NCBI GenBank assembly: GCA_008632985.1
Contig: QPGO01000033.1
Location: 248,001 to 312,000 of the forward strand
Reading direction: 5' to 3'
Source: Psammoneis japonica
Lineage: Eukaryota
DNA length: 64,000 nucleotides
Under the pieces are notes generated by a model. It was not told where the DNA came from, did not search any database, and saw only the letters and a list, made by a program, of their open reading frames with translations. Shown here one piece after another: positions 13,358-25,570 of this stretch (positions are counted from its first letter, which is position 1; every line of letters begins with the position of its first letter). The translations under genes were made by a program, and so were the position numbers.

Positions 13358-14533
13358 TCAAACTGACAGCGTAACGACCGATCCACGATGCACGGTTTGC
13401 ATCAGAATAGCTTGTTCTGCGCTAATTGACCCGCATTTAACAATCACAACATCTGTCCCCATGAGAGCAATATCAGCGGCAGCACCGAGTTTTCCCTGTA
13501 GTAGCAGTGGCATGGTACCGGTACAGGCTGAGATGCTGAGATACCAATTCTCTGTATGACATTGAATTGAGTAATCTAGCTGATAAAAAGAGAGAACAGC
13601 GCTCACCTTTAGTCCTCCAGTGACATCGTGCGAATGTGTTGATTCCGTGGCTGACACCCTGTTTATGATTTCTTTGGTTTCCCTGCTAATAGTGATTTCC
13701 CGAAGAAGGGTTGCATTCGGATCCTTCCGAGGATCGGAAGTGTACACACCGTCCACGTCTGTTAGAAAGACGACTCGCAAGACAGAAAATGCATCATTAT
13801 GATCCTCAACGTTTTCGATATCATCAATGAGGGACCTGGTTATAGATACCATGAGTGTGTCGCCCCCCAGGATACCAGCATCATCTCGGCCATACAAGCA
13901 TGCATCACCATGCAACACAGGAACGAGTCCAGCACGCAGTAAATCCTCAAGTATGCGTTTCAAATGAGTGAGAGCTGCAGTCGGACCTCCGTGTGCTTGA
14001 AGTAGAGGAATCGCAAGACACGGGGAAATCCCCACAGCTGGAACGCCGCGTTGGATCAAGCTCGAGACAACCTTGTAATTCAGCGACTGTACCGACAACC
14101 TCGTTTTTGACAATCCCTCCATGAGTTTTAAATGTCGAGTCGCATTATCGTGTTTTGACGTTTGCAAAGGAGGTTCTGATTTGCCAGACAAACCATACCG
14201 TGATGCTTCATAATGACCAAAGGATCCGGCGCCATGAACAAGGACAAAATGCCGTCGCGATGATGACCTGCTACACTCGTTTTTCGTCTCGCTGTTTTCC
14301 TCGGACGCAAAGGAGGACCCGATTGTTCTAGCGAACCAATCAAGTGCAGTTTGATTGATGGTCTCGTGCTGACCCTTGTCTGTAATGGACGACCCTCCCA
14401 CTTTGACCAAGACAACGTGGTTCCTTCTTGTTGATAAAGCGTTCTCACCCTCATAAAATGATGATCCTTCGGCTGACACGAAAAAAAGTATGCAAACCAA
14501 CAACAACATGCCAATCCTACCAGAAGAGTTCAT
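13358..14533 (-). CDS. Amino-acid-kinase family protein, isopentenyl phosphate kinase-like; probable intron 13606-13496
   Basis: VKVGGSSITDK, VHGAGSFGH, PVLHGD, ILGGD, FLTDVDGVY. Removing the in-frame GT-AG intron gives DVTGGLKGKL. Hydrophobic N-terminus follows the ATG at 14533. Confidence 0.85.
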   Translation of the reverse strand: MNSSGRIGMLLLVCILFFVSAEGSSFYEGENALSTRRNHVVLVKVGGSSITDKGQHETINQTALDWFARTIGSSFASEENSETKNECSRSSSRRHFVLVHGAGSFGHYEASRYGLSGKSEPPLQTSKHDNATRHLKLMEGLSKTRLSVQSLNYKVVSSLIQRGVPAVGISPCLAIPLLQAHGGPTAALTHLKRILEDLLRAGLVPVLHGDACLYGRDDAGILGGDTLMVSITRSLIDDIENVEDHNDAFSVLRVVFLTDVDGVYTSDPRKDPNATLLREITISRETKEIINRVSATESTHSHDVTGGLKVSAVLSFYQLDYSIQCHTENWYLSISACTGTMPLLLQGKLGAAADIALMGTDVVIVKCGSISAEQAILMQTVHRGSVVTLSV

Positions 14534-14809
14534 GTCGAATCGACGGAGAACGTTGTAGATTAAATTCTTACACAAGAGACAAGGGAGCAACGCGAAATAA
14601 TCTCCAGCTACGACTATTTGAGAAATGATTGATGTTTGCCACTCCCAACTGGGAGGTCTGTAAGTGGTACGGAAGAGATGTTTGCTATAATGGCATGGGA
14701 CATCAAACGTACGGCCCAAACGGGCGCTTTTTCCACTTTGTGCGATTTTCGATTTTCAACGTTTTATTGTAATAACAAAACAAAACACCACACCCACTAC
14801 CCGTTAAAG

Positions 14810-16057
14810 ATGTTGTCGGTTCGATCGATTCAGCTCACAAGACGGGTTTGTAGCTATAAGATACAAAGCATACATGGGCATTCTCTCAGTGCTCGACGTG
14901 TTTTCTCTACTTCTTCTAGTGCTGATGCAACAATAGCTTCGAGAGCAAAGTCGCTTCTTCCCTCCTTTCGAGGACGCTGGGCAGTGATTGCTCGCACCAT
15001 CAAGTACATACGTATCCCTTTCTTAGTTGTCAGTGTCTATGGGTTAGGGTACCAGCAAGGTATTGTGGATTATGCACGTGATCCCAGCGCCAAGCAAGAA
15101 GCACTCTTTGATTCGGTTATAGCTGGAGTGGGGTGCACGTCGAGAGACCAGGTGGATGTCATGACAAAGTCCTCGTCAAGGTTAACATTTGCGCATCATA
15201 TGCAACAAAATCACGAAATGACGCGCCGGGTAGCAAAGGTGGGTTCCCGAATTGTTAGAATGGCGCAGTTGCTGGCCAAGAAGGAACTTGAAACTGCGAT
15301 TGAGGCTGTCAAAGCGAAACTTCCGCCGGACTGTACTCAGGAGCAGCTACAGGAGCTATGCCAAGTTCATCCTGATGTGATACAGTGGGAAAAAGCCGTT
15401 CTTCGATTGGAAGGAACGCATTTGAAAGAGGACGACGATGGGTGGGCATACGTACTCATTGATACCCCTGTTGCCAATGCCTTTGTTACTGAAATCATTC
15501 CGAAGCACATTTTTATTACCACGTCCATGATGAATACCTTTATTGAAAATGATGATGAACTCGCCTTGGTATTGGGTCACGAGGTCTCTCACTTGATCCT
15601 AGGACATGTCAGCGAAGCTAACATGATACAAACATTTCTCAGGACAATCGAAGTGCTGCTTCTCAGCTTGGACCCAACCGAGGGACTTCTCAGCATTGCC
15701 ATTGTTGCTGCCTTGGCAACAACCCGTACTGCCTTGGCGGCTGCTCACTCGCGTGAAAACGAACACTTGGCCGATGATATGGGCGTTAAGATTGCCGCCA
15801 TGGCTTGCTACGATACACAACGTGCGGCACACGTGTTTTTCAAAATGCACCAGCATCACACGGAGCCAAACACTGAAGCACCATCAGCACCGTCTATTCT
15901 GAGCTTTCTAGACACGCATCCACCTAGTGTTGAGCGCCATGAACTATTGGTGTTGGCAAGCAACGAGGAAAATGTGAGTAAGTATGAAGACTCGACCTGT
16001 GCTTCGATCGGAGCACGCATCAAAGGGTTGATGGCATCAACAACGAAAAGTGACTGA
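14810..16057 (+). CDS. Peptidase M48, OMA1-like mitochondrial metalloprotease
   Basis: NAF motif, ELALVLGHEVSH (HEXXH), SRENEHLAD and FLDTHP; Arg/Ser-rich mitochondrial-type N-terminus. Confidence 0.85.
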   Translation: MLSVRSIQLTRRVCSYKIQSIHGHSLSARRVFSTSSSADATIASRAKSLLPSFRGRWAVIARTIKYIRIPFLVVSVYGLGYQQGIVDYARDPSAKQEALFDSVIAGVGCTSRDQVDVMTKSSSRLTFAHHMQQNHEMTRRVAKVGSRIVRMAQLLAKKELETAIEAVKAKLPPDCTQEQLQELCQVHPDVIQWEKAVLRLEGTHLKEDDDGWAYVLIDTPVANAFVTEIIPKHIFITTSMMNTFIENDDELALVLGHEVSHLILGHVSEANMIQTFLRTIEVLLLSLDPTEGLLSIAIVAALATTRTALAAAHSRENEHLADDMGVKIAAMACYDTQRAAHVFFKMHQHHTEPNTEAPSAPSILSFLDTHPPSVERHELLVLASNEENVSKYEDSTCASIGARIKGLMASTTKSD

Positions 16058-16273
16058 ATCTATAAGTTACGACGAGATGACATTTACTTTTTGGCAGGAA
16101 GTTTCTGGGTAATTCTACTAGCAAAGGTTCCTGAAATACCATAGACTCTTCCAGATAGTCCTACTGCTAATAATGAGCTTGTGCTGCTACTCTCATTCCT
16201 AGAGAGCACGTTCTATTTGCCTCCCAGTATATGTCTGCACAATGAATTCATTCATTTGCTCCAACTCTTTGGC

Positions 16274-16573
16274 ATGAGACTGCTTGCTCTAACAGATGCT
16301 GGCTATACAGAATGTGTCCCTACAACCATTCAAGACAATCCTGCAGCGGATGATGTCCAAGAAGAACAAGAAAACGAAAGTCCCGCCGACAAGATCTTGC
16401 GCATCGCGTTGATCCCCAAGTCCGTCAACAACCCCTTCTTTGACTTGTCCCACCACGGATGCATGGATCAAGCCAAGATACTTTCGTCTACTGCTTCGAC
16501 TACTCCTACGAACTTGGCTGGTCACTTCTTTTCTCCCTATGACGGCGACCGACTTGCCCGAGCTGGCTGCTGA
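16274..16573 (+). pseudogene. Truncated fragment resembling the N-terminus of a type-1 periplasmic sugar-binding domain
   Basis: LRIALIPKSVNNPFFDLSHHGC resembles the RbsB-like first strand and NNPFF motif; the similarity stops after ~30 residues. Confidence 0.4.
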
Positions 16574-18825
16574 TAAATCTTGTTCAACGCTGATTTGTAT
16601 TGATCAGCACCAGCCCGGCAATTTTCCATTTCGTCATTGGGTAAGAAGACGCGAAACTCGACGTTCTTTGGGAAGTCGAACAAGTCGCATTCTAAACTGC
16701 GCTTTGACGTGCCTTTGAAGTAGGTAGATTTGGGTCCGGTTAGGTAACTTTCTACGCATCTGGGCACCGTGGCAATGTAGACAATCAGCAACTGATGTTC
16801 GGGTATACCAAGACTATTGCGCAGCTGCTGGTATACTTGAAAATACTTCGGGTGCGTGGGAGATACAGTGCATTGAGCAGTGGAAATGGGAGGAGGGGGC
16901 GTCTGAGTGCCAAGCTCCTCGTCAAGCCACAGCAGGTCAACAAAAGGGTAGCTCGTATCTGATGGCTGGTAAAGTACGTCACGCTTCATTTGCGATGCTT
17001 TGGGGGCTGGGCATCGAGACACTTTGCTCCTCTTCACAGTAAGAAAAACCTGTCTGGTTGACAATTCTTTCGTTTCCGATGGCTCGGCCTCTGTATAGAA
17101 TGTCAGCTTGCTGTGGCCATAGCCCCAAAGGAGACCGGTAGGACTGATTATGTACTTCTTGAGGAGAGTTCCTAGCGCCTTGGGATTGCATCCATCGTCT
17201 TCAGTTTCATTTTCGTAGTCGAACCATATTATCTCTCGCAGTCTTGTCAAGCGAGTCCAACTGGTTTTTTGAATACTACTGAATACGAAGAAAAGCAGTA
17301 TCAGAAGAAGGCACAAGTACCTTGCTCGTGTGGTCCCCTTGCGTTGCTTGACGGACGTGAATTGGGCGTTATGCATCGTGCACATCGGTGCAACGGATTC
17401 GGTTCTGTCGCTGTTTCACATGACTCGATCGTGCGCAAAGCGGCATTGGCGGTTTGAAGTGACATGGTTTGAATTAGTCCGGCGGTGTCCTTGACATAGG
17501 AATCACAAGTCGGTTGATTCAAAAGCAAAATTCGAAGAAAGGGCCCTGCTCAAGCTCGCACCTCTTACGAACCACATCGACAAAAGAGTTCAATTCACCT
17601 TGGTCCATGCCAGATTGGAAGCCACAGATGTGCCGCACGACAGCTTTGATCTCTGACCAGGTTGGGCACGACACAATGTGAGGCATCACTTTGGCCTGCT
17701 TGAGGCATTCCTTGCAGCGGACGAGGAGGGGCGAGAGCGCTGCTGCTGCACAGGGCATGTCGCCATTCGTCTGGATGGAATGAGGTGCAGGTTCGAAGCT
17801 TGCGGCAGGCTCGTGTGGCATTCAAACACAGCAATCCGTGGACAAGCTGTTTGGAGTCGCAAGCACACCAAGAGACTCAAACATGTGAGCCACTTTGTCT
17901 TGAAGAAAATGGACAAAAATGGCAAAAACGTCACTTTCACGGCAGACAAAAGCAACAACTTTGGGTTGACTGGGAACTTGCTCTTCTCCAGTCAAAGCTT
18001 TCCACACATCAGAGTTTGCAGCCATGATGAGACACTTCCACAAATGCCATGACTTCGAGATGCCCGGATTTCCCACAACTGCTGAGCGCAACCTCATGAC
18101 CTCGGTGCCACCTGGTTCTGCAATGGGGCTGCTCCATGCTTTGACAAGACCGATGTCTTTGTTTCTCACAAACAACTTGTTGCTTCAAGCCTCATTGCGC
18201 TGCAAAGAAGGGTTGTCAACCGGCAGCTGAATCATCGTGATCCTGTCGTCTGCGGCTTCCTCTTCTGCAGGGAACTCCACCTCAAAAACTGACATGGAAC
18301 TCTCCGTCATTGTTGGCCAGTTCCAGTGGGTGCAGTTGACAGGTGCAAGGACCTCCACTTTTGCATCAGCTGCCATGTGCAAAAAGTTGCTTCATTCCCA
18401 GCCAGCACTTGGGTTTTGACTCGCACAAGATTCCCATGCGCCGCTGGCAGCACCGTAAAAAAAGAAGGTCTTTTTGCAACACCACTCACCAGCTGCTGAT
18501 GCTGTTGGATCTTAAAAATGTCGACAAAGCCACAGAGTTCACCTTGCTGGAGATCTTCATCTGGCTGTGTGTGAGGCATCCACAGCTGCAACAATGCTGC
18601 AGTGGCATCTGGGTGAGAATGCAATTTGATTCGACCGAGTGGCCTGGGTTCACTCCCAAAGAAGGAGGAGTTTATTTTCTCCTTCAAGGACTTGATGGTG
18701 CATTGCTCGCCATCACCGAAGCTTTGTGGGCTCTCCTCATCTTCAAGACCATTCACAGCACAGTGTGTCCCACCGCTGTTCTGCAGCAATTCAACGAAAC
18801 GCACTGCAAAGTCATTTGAGGACAT
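16537..18825 (-). pseudogene. Crinkler/RHS-like P-loop NTPase plus restriction-endonuclease-like gene, frameshifted
   Basis: Minus-strand pieces in order: header-like TIKSLKEKI; MFVR...AVVGNPGISKS (degenerate Walker A); C-terminal LYQPSDTSYPFVD...AQCTVSPTHP (PD-(D/E)XK-like). Split across several frames. Confidence 0.55.
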
Positions 18826-18829
18826 CGTG

Positions 18830-21800
18830 TTGCCAATCATCTGAACGTCGACAGATGCGCGCAGTTGTCTGTGGTCTGCCAAAGGATGAAGCAAGCAAGC
18901 AACAATGACAAATCGATGTGGCAGTTGGACACCACAATGATGTGTGTTGTTCATTGCATTGACCTCTCGGTGGTGGTCTTGAGTCTGATGGTTGGCATTT
19001 TTTTGTCTGGTGTGGGCAGGGGGTTTTGATTGGCTCGACTCAAGCGAAGTGAGAGAGTCATTGTCCCAGTCGTTGTCAGCGCAGCAGGCAAAAGTTGGGT
19101 GAACTGATGATTTGCGCAAGCAACGTCACCAAAGGCAGCAGCAGCACTCAAGGACAAGGAACAATTTGTGAAGCAAACTGCAGACACAAGAAGTTTGTGC
19201 AGAAGCAGTGTGTCCAGCCACAGCCCTCCCCTGATGACTGGACAAGAGGCAGAGAAAAAAAGCCAGGAGGCAGCAGCCAGGGTGGCGATGCTTTGTGAGA
19301 ACCAGCTCTCAGAGAGAGCCACCACTGTGTGCTGCAGGTTGAAGAAACAGGTGGAAGGGATGAACAAGGTGCACCAAAAGGGAGAATTGCAAGGCTGTCT
19401 TGGGTGCCAAAAGCAAACAGTTGAGAGATGCTTTGCGGCACAGCAGCAACCCAGCAAGAGCTCATTGTCATGCCTGTTGGCTGGCCAAAACCCCCGCATG
19501 TTGTCCATCACCAGGCAGCACCCCACAAAGTGTTTTTAGCACCAACTCAGTGTGTGAAACAGTTGTTGTTGAGAGCTGCCTCACAAAAATCTGCTTCAAT
19601 GCATGTCACAAAATCTCCAAGCATGCCAAAGCATCGAAGCTTGTGCTGTGGATGTCCCTCTGCCACCGGCACGTGCTGTTTCTGGCTGTCAAATGAGAGC
19701 ACAAAAGCATGTGCTCCATGGCCTCTCTGCAGAGCTGGAAAATTGTCTTTTGACAGCTTTGGCTTGCAGCTTTGGTGCAGAGTTCCCGACACAATGAAAC
19801 ACTGAGACACCAACAAGAGCAATGCCAGCGGCAGAGAAAGAAGCAGCTCTCCTGCATGCTGGAGCAGCAAGCAGCCAGAACAAAAACAACAAAAAAGGTA
19901 AAAAGAGCAGAAGATCACAGGCACATGGCATCTGAGGTGGACAGAAATGACTTCCAGCATGCACCAGTGCAAGGTGGGCAGCAGCAGCTTAAGAGCTGGG
20001 CAAGAAAATGAAGAGAGGCTTGCTTTTTGTGAGGAGGCAAAGTCAAGAAGCCACACAGAGAAAAGCAAACCAACTTTTTGCAGCCTTGGCCAGGTGGTGG
20101 CTCAAGAATGCACATTGTCATGCACAGTCATGACCACTTTTGAGGTGCCAAGCAGAGCAGCAGGATCTCCTGGCATGTTGGTCAGCCCCCAGTTGCAAGA
20201 GCTTGGCCTCTTGCATTGCTCACCAACTCAGGACAATTTGTGCAGCAAAGTTGAAAAGCAAAATGCTTTGATCAATGTGTGGCATGTCACAGCGACAGGA
20301 AGGAAGTGGGTGAGACAAGCGCGTCCTGAGAGGGAGGGAGAAAGAAGAGCTGCCACACACCGCAAAAGAAGAAAGAGCCAAAGAGAGATGAGAAACAAGC
20401 AACAGCTGACAATGGCACTTCTTTCTGCTTGGAGTGCCTTCACATTTTCTGAGTTCACTGTTCTCGTTGCTTGCATTGGACTGGCAACATTTGTGCCACA
20501 AGAGGTCTGTCCCATCCATGCACACTGTGTCACTGCAGTTTAAAGCTGCACTTGACTGGCTTGGTTAAAATGACAAAGGGGCAATGTGACCCCATTGAGC
20601 ATGTGACAAATTTGCTTTCGAGCAAGTCATGTCCCTGTGACGTCCTTCCCCTTGTGTGCGGTGTAAGATTTGGGTCACACATGAGGTGCGATCACTTAAA
20701 GAATGACCCTCCACATCAGCAAAGTCATCATGTTCATCCCAAAATCCTTTCTGTCTTTGTTCCCAACTGCAGATGTCACTTGGTGGCATGCACAAGGGAG
20801 ATTCATGGCGCACATGGGGGGAGAAATGCCCTGTCATGTCAGCAACTCCTTGTGTGCGCCACAAACTTTGTGGCACACATGGGGCCACTTGCTCAAAGGA
20901 TGACCGTTTGCATCAGCAACATCATTGTGTGTGCCAACCCACACCATTTGATGACCTGCCATCTGGCCAGATGCAAGTTTTGTGCCGCCCGTCCTCTCTG
21001 TCCCGTCCGTCCCTTGAAAACATGCAGATGGTCACTTGAAGATGGGGTCAATCATGATTGGACATTGTGTGCATGTGATGCAAGCAGCACGTGTGCAACT
21101 GGCCTGTTGTGTGTTCCCTGAAGATGTGCAGACAGCCCCCCCCTGAAGATGGGGGCGCGCGTGCGCACTGGGTGCAGACGCGACCTGCCAGCACCAGCAC
21201 GCGCATGAGCATGTGGTGTTGGTCACAATGTGCATGATGGGTGGCCTGTCATGTTGCGGAAGTCAGAGTTGTCCTGCAGCCACATGTGAGATGCAGTTGG
21301 GGAACAACGTCTGTGGTGGCGCACCTTGGGATGGACACGAGAACTTGCACGTGCAGAACGCGGACACAATGACAAACCAAACACATTGCTGGAATTCCAA
21401 ATTTCCCATTTCTGGCTCTGATTCCATGTGGCATGCAGCAATCCGCCCACTTCATTTTGTTGTCTGCCTGTCTGCCTCTTTCCCAGCATCTTTGTGAGTT
21501 TGTTTGTTCGTTGTTTCCACCATCATTCCAGCCGCCTGCCTTTCTCAACCAAGAGCAAGCTTCGGCCGTGGTCAATGATGTGCGTGCGCAGTTGATTTTT
21601 GTTTCCAAAGGTTTTTACACCATGTTGCTGGAATGCATTTTAGACTGAAATGGGAAAAGAGAAGAGAAAAAGGAAAAGAAAGAAGAGAAAAAAGAGAAAA
21701 GAAAGGAAAAGAAAGACTCAATTCTTTGTCATTGTGCTCAAACAGCTCCAAAATTGCTGCTTTTATGGCACATTTTTGATGCCATTTCCAACCCCCATTT

Positions 21801-21890
21801 TAGACCCTCTGCCAAAGCACAGAGCTCATGATCATTTTGGATGATTTTAGATCAATTCTGGAGCTCAACCCCATCGCACAACAACTTTTC
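18830..21890. mobile_element. Degenerate TpA-depleted block (family not recognised), with a purine-rich GAAAA tract at 21652-21716
   Basis: Rare TA survivors almost all in TTA/TAA; Tyr-free Cys/His/Gln-rich pseudo-ORFs. Confidence 0.4.
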
Positions 21891-21896
21891 TGCAGC

Positions 21897-22195
21897 TGCA
21901 GCGCACACGTTTTTTAAGATGCACCAGCATCATCACACGGAGCCAAACACTGAAGCACCATCAGCACCGTCCATTCTGAGTTTTCTAGACACACATCCAC
22001 CTGGTGTTGAGCGCCATGAACCATTGGTGTTGGCAAGCAATGAGGAAAATGTGAGCAAGTGTGAAGACTCGACCTGTGCTTCGATCGGAGCTCGAATCAA
22101 GGGATTGATGGCATCCAACAATGCAAACTGAATGTCACATGATATTATTGTTTCATAACAGACGTTGAATTTTTGGCGGGAAGTTTTTTGGATAT
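21897..22195 (+). pseudogene. Duplicated 3' end and 3' flank of the OMA1-like gene
   Basis: Aligns to 15823-16112 (FFKMHQHH...EAPSAPSILSFLDTHPP...IGARIKGLMAS). No upstream exon is present. Confidence 0.92.
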
Positions 22196-22615
22196 CGGGT
22201 GAAGAGTAATAGAAGCGTTATTTTGATAATGGAGACAAATTGAAAAATTGATATTGCTCACATACATTCTTGCAAATGTTTAATGATAAAATCTTCCACG
22301 ACTTGGTTTCTCAAAATTTTGATACAGATTGATTATCATTCAAAGATATATATACTCCTAATAAAGTTAATAAGGAAAAAATATAGAAAACACTCGTCTA
22401 TTAATGTTACAAATGCTGCACAATAATATAAACAAATGCCTATGCTTTTACAATCAGTATCACTGATTTATGGCGAGGAGTATCCAGTGCTGTAGTTGCT
22501 GATTCATGTCAAAAATTTCGAAATGCACGACGGACCAAAATATCCCGAGGACGAGGACACAACATAACACGTTGCACACCGCGACAGCGACTCCACTTTT
22601 TATTTCGCCGTTTTA

Positions 22616-23998
22616 ATGAAGAGTCGGTTCAGATGCACCAAGATGCTTCACAAGAATAGCTCCCGTACTTCTATCGTTGTGAATAACATGGAGAGTCGTT
22701 CAACAAACAAGGCGCTCGACGTGGATACCTCGTGGGTGTATCCTATTTCCCCCATGTGCTCTTCGGATCCAGCCATGACCCGTACTTCATGCTCTTCTGC
22801 CTCTCCCTCTTCGACGTTGACTTCCACCACGACGCTAAACCACGCCTCCTCCCACATGCAATGCGTATCTGTCGTTGAGGAGCAGCTGACTGCCATGCTT
22901 GAAGTTGAGCAGTGCTATAGAGTAAGGCATGTAGCTTGTTTGCGACGCGGTCAAAACTCGTCAACTCCAACTTCTCAGCAGCTTCCACACGAGGAATGGC
23001 GCCGCAAGATTTGCGAATGGTGCTACAAGGTAGTGGATCACTTTCGTCACGACCGTGAAGTAGTGAGTGTCGCCATGAACTACTTTGATCGGTTTCTGGT
23101 GCTGGATACTCGAAATCGCACTTGTGATTGTCACTGTCCGACGTGCAAAAGATCGGTCGACAGCAGGACCTTTCAACTTGCTGCGATGACCTCTCTCTAC
23201 TTGGCCATCAAGCTTCATGGCGAGACCAGCCATTCGGATCCCGATTACTACTCGTCCTCGTCCGATAGTGCTCATCACCACGCGCTCAACGATCATCATA
23301 TTCAAACCAAGAAGCAACGCCGCAAGAAGCTCAAGCTCGCATCCTTTGTCGATCTCTCTCGAGGTCAGTTTTCTCCTCAAGATCTGGAACGCATGGAACT
23401 CTTGATGCTATCCTCTCTCTCATGGAAGATGAATCCTACGACCCCCATGACGCTGTGTACTCACTTGCTCAAGTGCATGCCGCACGAGTCTCGTGTTCCC
23501 TTGTACGCGCGTCGCAACTACGATTTGGTGTTGCACGTGCTGAACGAGTTGTCTCGGTACATGACGGAACTCTCCGTGTGCCTTGCCAATGTGTCATCCG
23601 TGTACCTTCCAAGCCAAATCGCCTACTCCTCCATTCTTATCTCCATGGAGATGTTGACGCATGCGGCCTTGCCGTATGAGGTTCGTGATGCGTTTTTCGA
23701 TTTGGTCGCACACGCATCCTTTGAGGCAGCCGTGTCGCTGCTTCCCAACGACGAGACAATCGTCTATCTACAAGAAAAGCTGAGGAGCTCCTTTTTACCA
23801 GAAATGTTGATGGACGATAATGATGGTGTGGACCAGCAGCATCCGATTTCGATTGCTCGTGATGCCGGTCTCCTCAACGACTCATGCCTTGCTGCGACAT
23901 TGAACCATTTTGATTGGGAACAAGGAACGGCTAGATCACATTATCACCACGACAATGTGGTCGCCATGGACGAAACACCCGTTTGTGTTTCGCCCTAA
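22616..23998 (+). CDS. Cyclin, diatom-specific cyclin type (start codon uncertain)
   Basis: Cyclin box WRRKICEWCYKVVDHF...VAMNYFDRFL, FQLAAMTSLYLAIKL and MELLMLSSLSWKMNPTTP. Confidence 0.9.
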   Translation: MKSRFRCTKMLHKNSSRTSIVVNNMESRSTNKALDVDTSWVYPISPMCSSDPAMTRTSCSSASPSSTLTSTTTLNHASSHMQCVSVVEEQLTAMLEVEQCYRVRHVACLRRGQNSSTPTSQQLPHEEWRRKICEWCYKVVDHFRHDREVVSVAMNYFDRFLVLDTRNRTCDCHCPTCKRSVDSRTFQLAAMTSLYLAIKLHGETSHSDPDYYSSSSDSAHHHALNDHHIQTKKQRRKKLKLASFVDLSRGQFSPQDLERMELLMLSSLSWKMNPTTPMTLCTHLLKCMPHESRVPLYARRNYDLVLHVLNELSRYMTELSVCLANVSSVYLPSQIAYSSILISMEMLTHAALPYEVRDAFFDLVAHASFEAAVSLLPNDETIVYLQEKLRSSFLPEMLMDDNDGVDQQHPISIARDAGLLNDSCLAATLNHFDWEQGTARSHYHHDNVVAMDETPVCVSP

Positions 23999-24569
23999 GA
24001 GACGATGAAGAATTTAGACCAGATACAGCGGTATCACTTTGTACATTATGACTACATGACGACTACAATCGGTGGCTGTCCAAACCTCCACCGTCACTGC
24101 GTATGACAATAAAGATCTATGGGAATGATAAGCTGCATACAATAAAAGTACATTACACAAAATGATTGTCTAGATTTTCAAAGATTAGGGAGAGCCATTT
24201 AGCTAGCTAGAAAACAGTCATCCAGGATTTTCCAAACTCGGAGTTGCACGCAAAACCAATGAGCAAAAATTGTGAGGATCGGTCTTGTAAAAATTTCACA
24301 CCGTATTGAATAAATCGGAACTGAAGAACGTGAATAACTCTAGTTCCCGCCAAGTTGTCCGTTGCGTACATGTGTTTCCGATCTCTCCCGCGAACCAGCC
24401 AATGAAAACTTACCTGGAAAGTCTATGACTAAATCCACTCCATCGAACAATTAAGCCTCTATAAATATAGATCAACAAATGTGAATAAAATAGATCAATA
24501 ACACAGTGTGTCACCCTGTTATCTGGCAGGTACGTACAGTAGCAACGGAAAAGGAAAAAATGAGTGGCG

Positions 24570-25430
24570 CTGCAGGTCAGACCTCGAACTGACGACGCAC
24601 GCACGCACGCGGCGCGAAAAAATCACACACCCGGAGTCCATTTGAGACAACACCACCTTTCATCACATTGCTCCACACGGTTTTGTCTAGGAGGTCCTTG
24701 TAGTGATTGCGTTTCTTTTTGATTGCATTGTGAGATTTTTGCACGGCTGAGGCAAGAGCTCTCTTGCGGCAGCAGCGCTGCTTTTTTTCTCAAAGAGCCT
24801 GGGCAGCTGGCTGGCTTGTGCAGCTGCGGGAGAATGAGCATCAGAAGAGCTGCTTTGCACACACTGCAGCTCTCTCTCAGGGCAGGAAACCTGTGTCACA
24901 TTGTTTGGACAAACTCTTTTGCACACTTTTTGGAGGGAGCTTTCTTGGAAAAGAGAAAAACAGCAGCAGCTCTTCTCTAAAGTGGTGCAAGAGGTGCCAT
25001 TTCCCCTGGAGCCTCGCAGTGCTGACCCAAAATCAGAGGGTGAGGAAACAACCTGCTGCTCTGCTGCTGCTGGCACCTTTCTTTTTGGGGGGTTGGGCGT
25101 CGTGGCTGCCAGAGAGATTGAGGCGAGAGCAAAGGTCCTGGTGGATGAACAACAACAGAGACACCATTGCACAACAGTGTCCAAGTCTGTCTTTTGCCAA
25201 CAATGATGGCAACCGTTTGCATTCTTTCTTTCGGGAGAGCGGAGTTGAAAATGCGAAAATTAGCGTCGGATTTCCCCATGGTCTGGCCGAGCACCGTGTG
25301 CAATTCCTCACCCTTCATTTTTCGAGTTTCGCGCGCGAAAAACTGAATGGTCGTCGGCATTTTTCGAATCTTTTCGGGCCTTTCTTTGGCAACAAGAAAA
25401 AGGCAGACCCACAAAAGGCAGATTGGAGTT
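24570..25430. mobile_element. Short TpA-depleted block
   Basis: About 4 TA in ~0.85 kb, against normal TA density on both sides. Confidence 0.35.
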
Positions 25431-25570
25431 GCTGATAGGGGCTGCAATCGAGTGTAAGTGTTAGAAAAGCACTCTCTCCACACTTATCTTACATTGGTTG
25501 ATACTGCAGGCACCGCCAGAAATCCCAGAAACGCATCAGTTCACTTTCCAGAGCTCAAAAGTCGAAGAAA

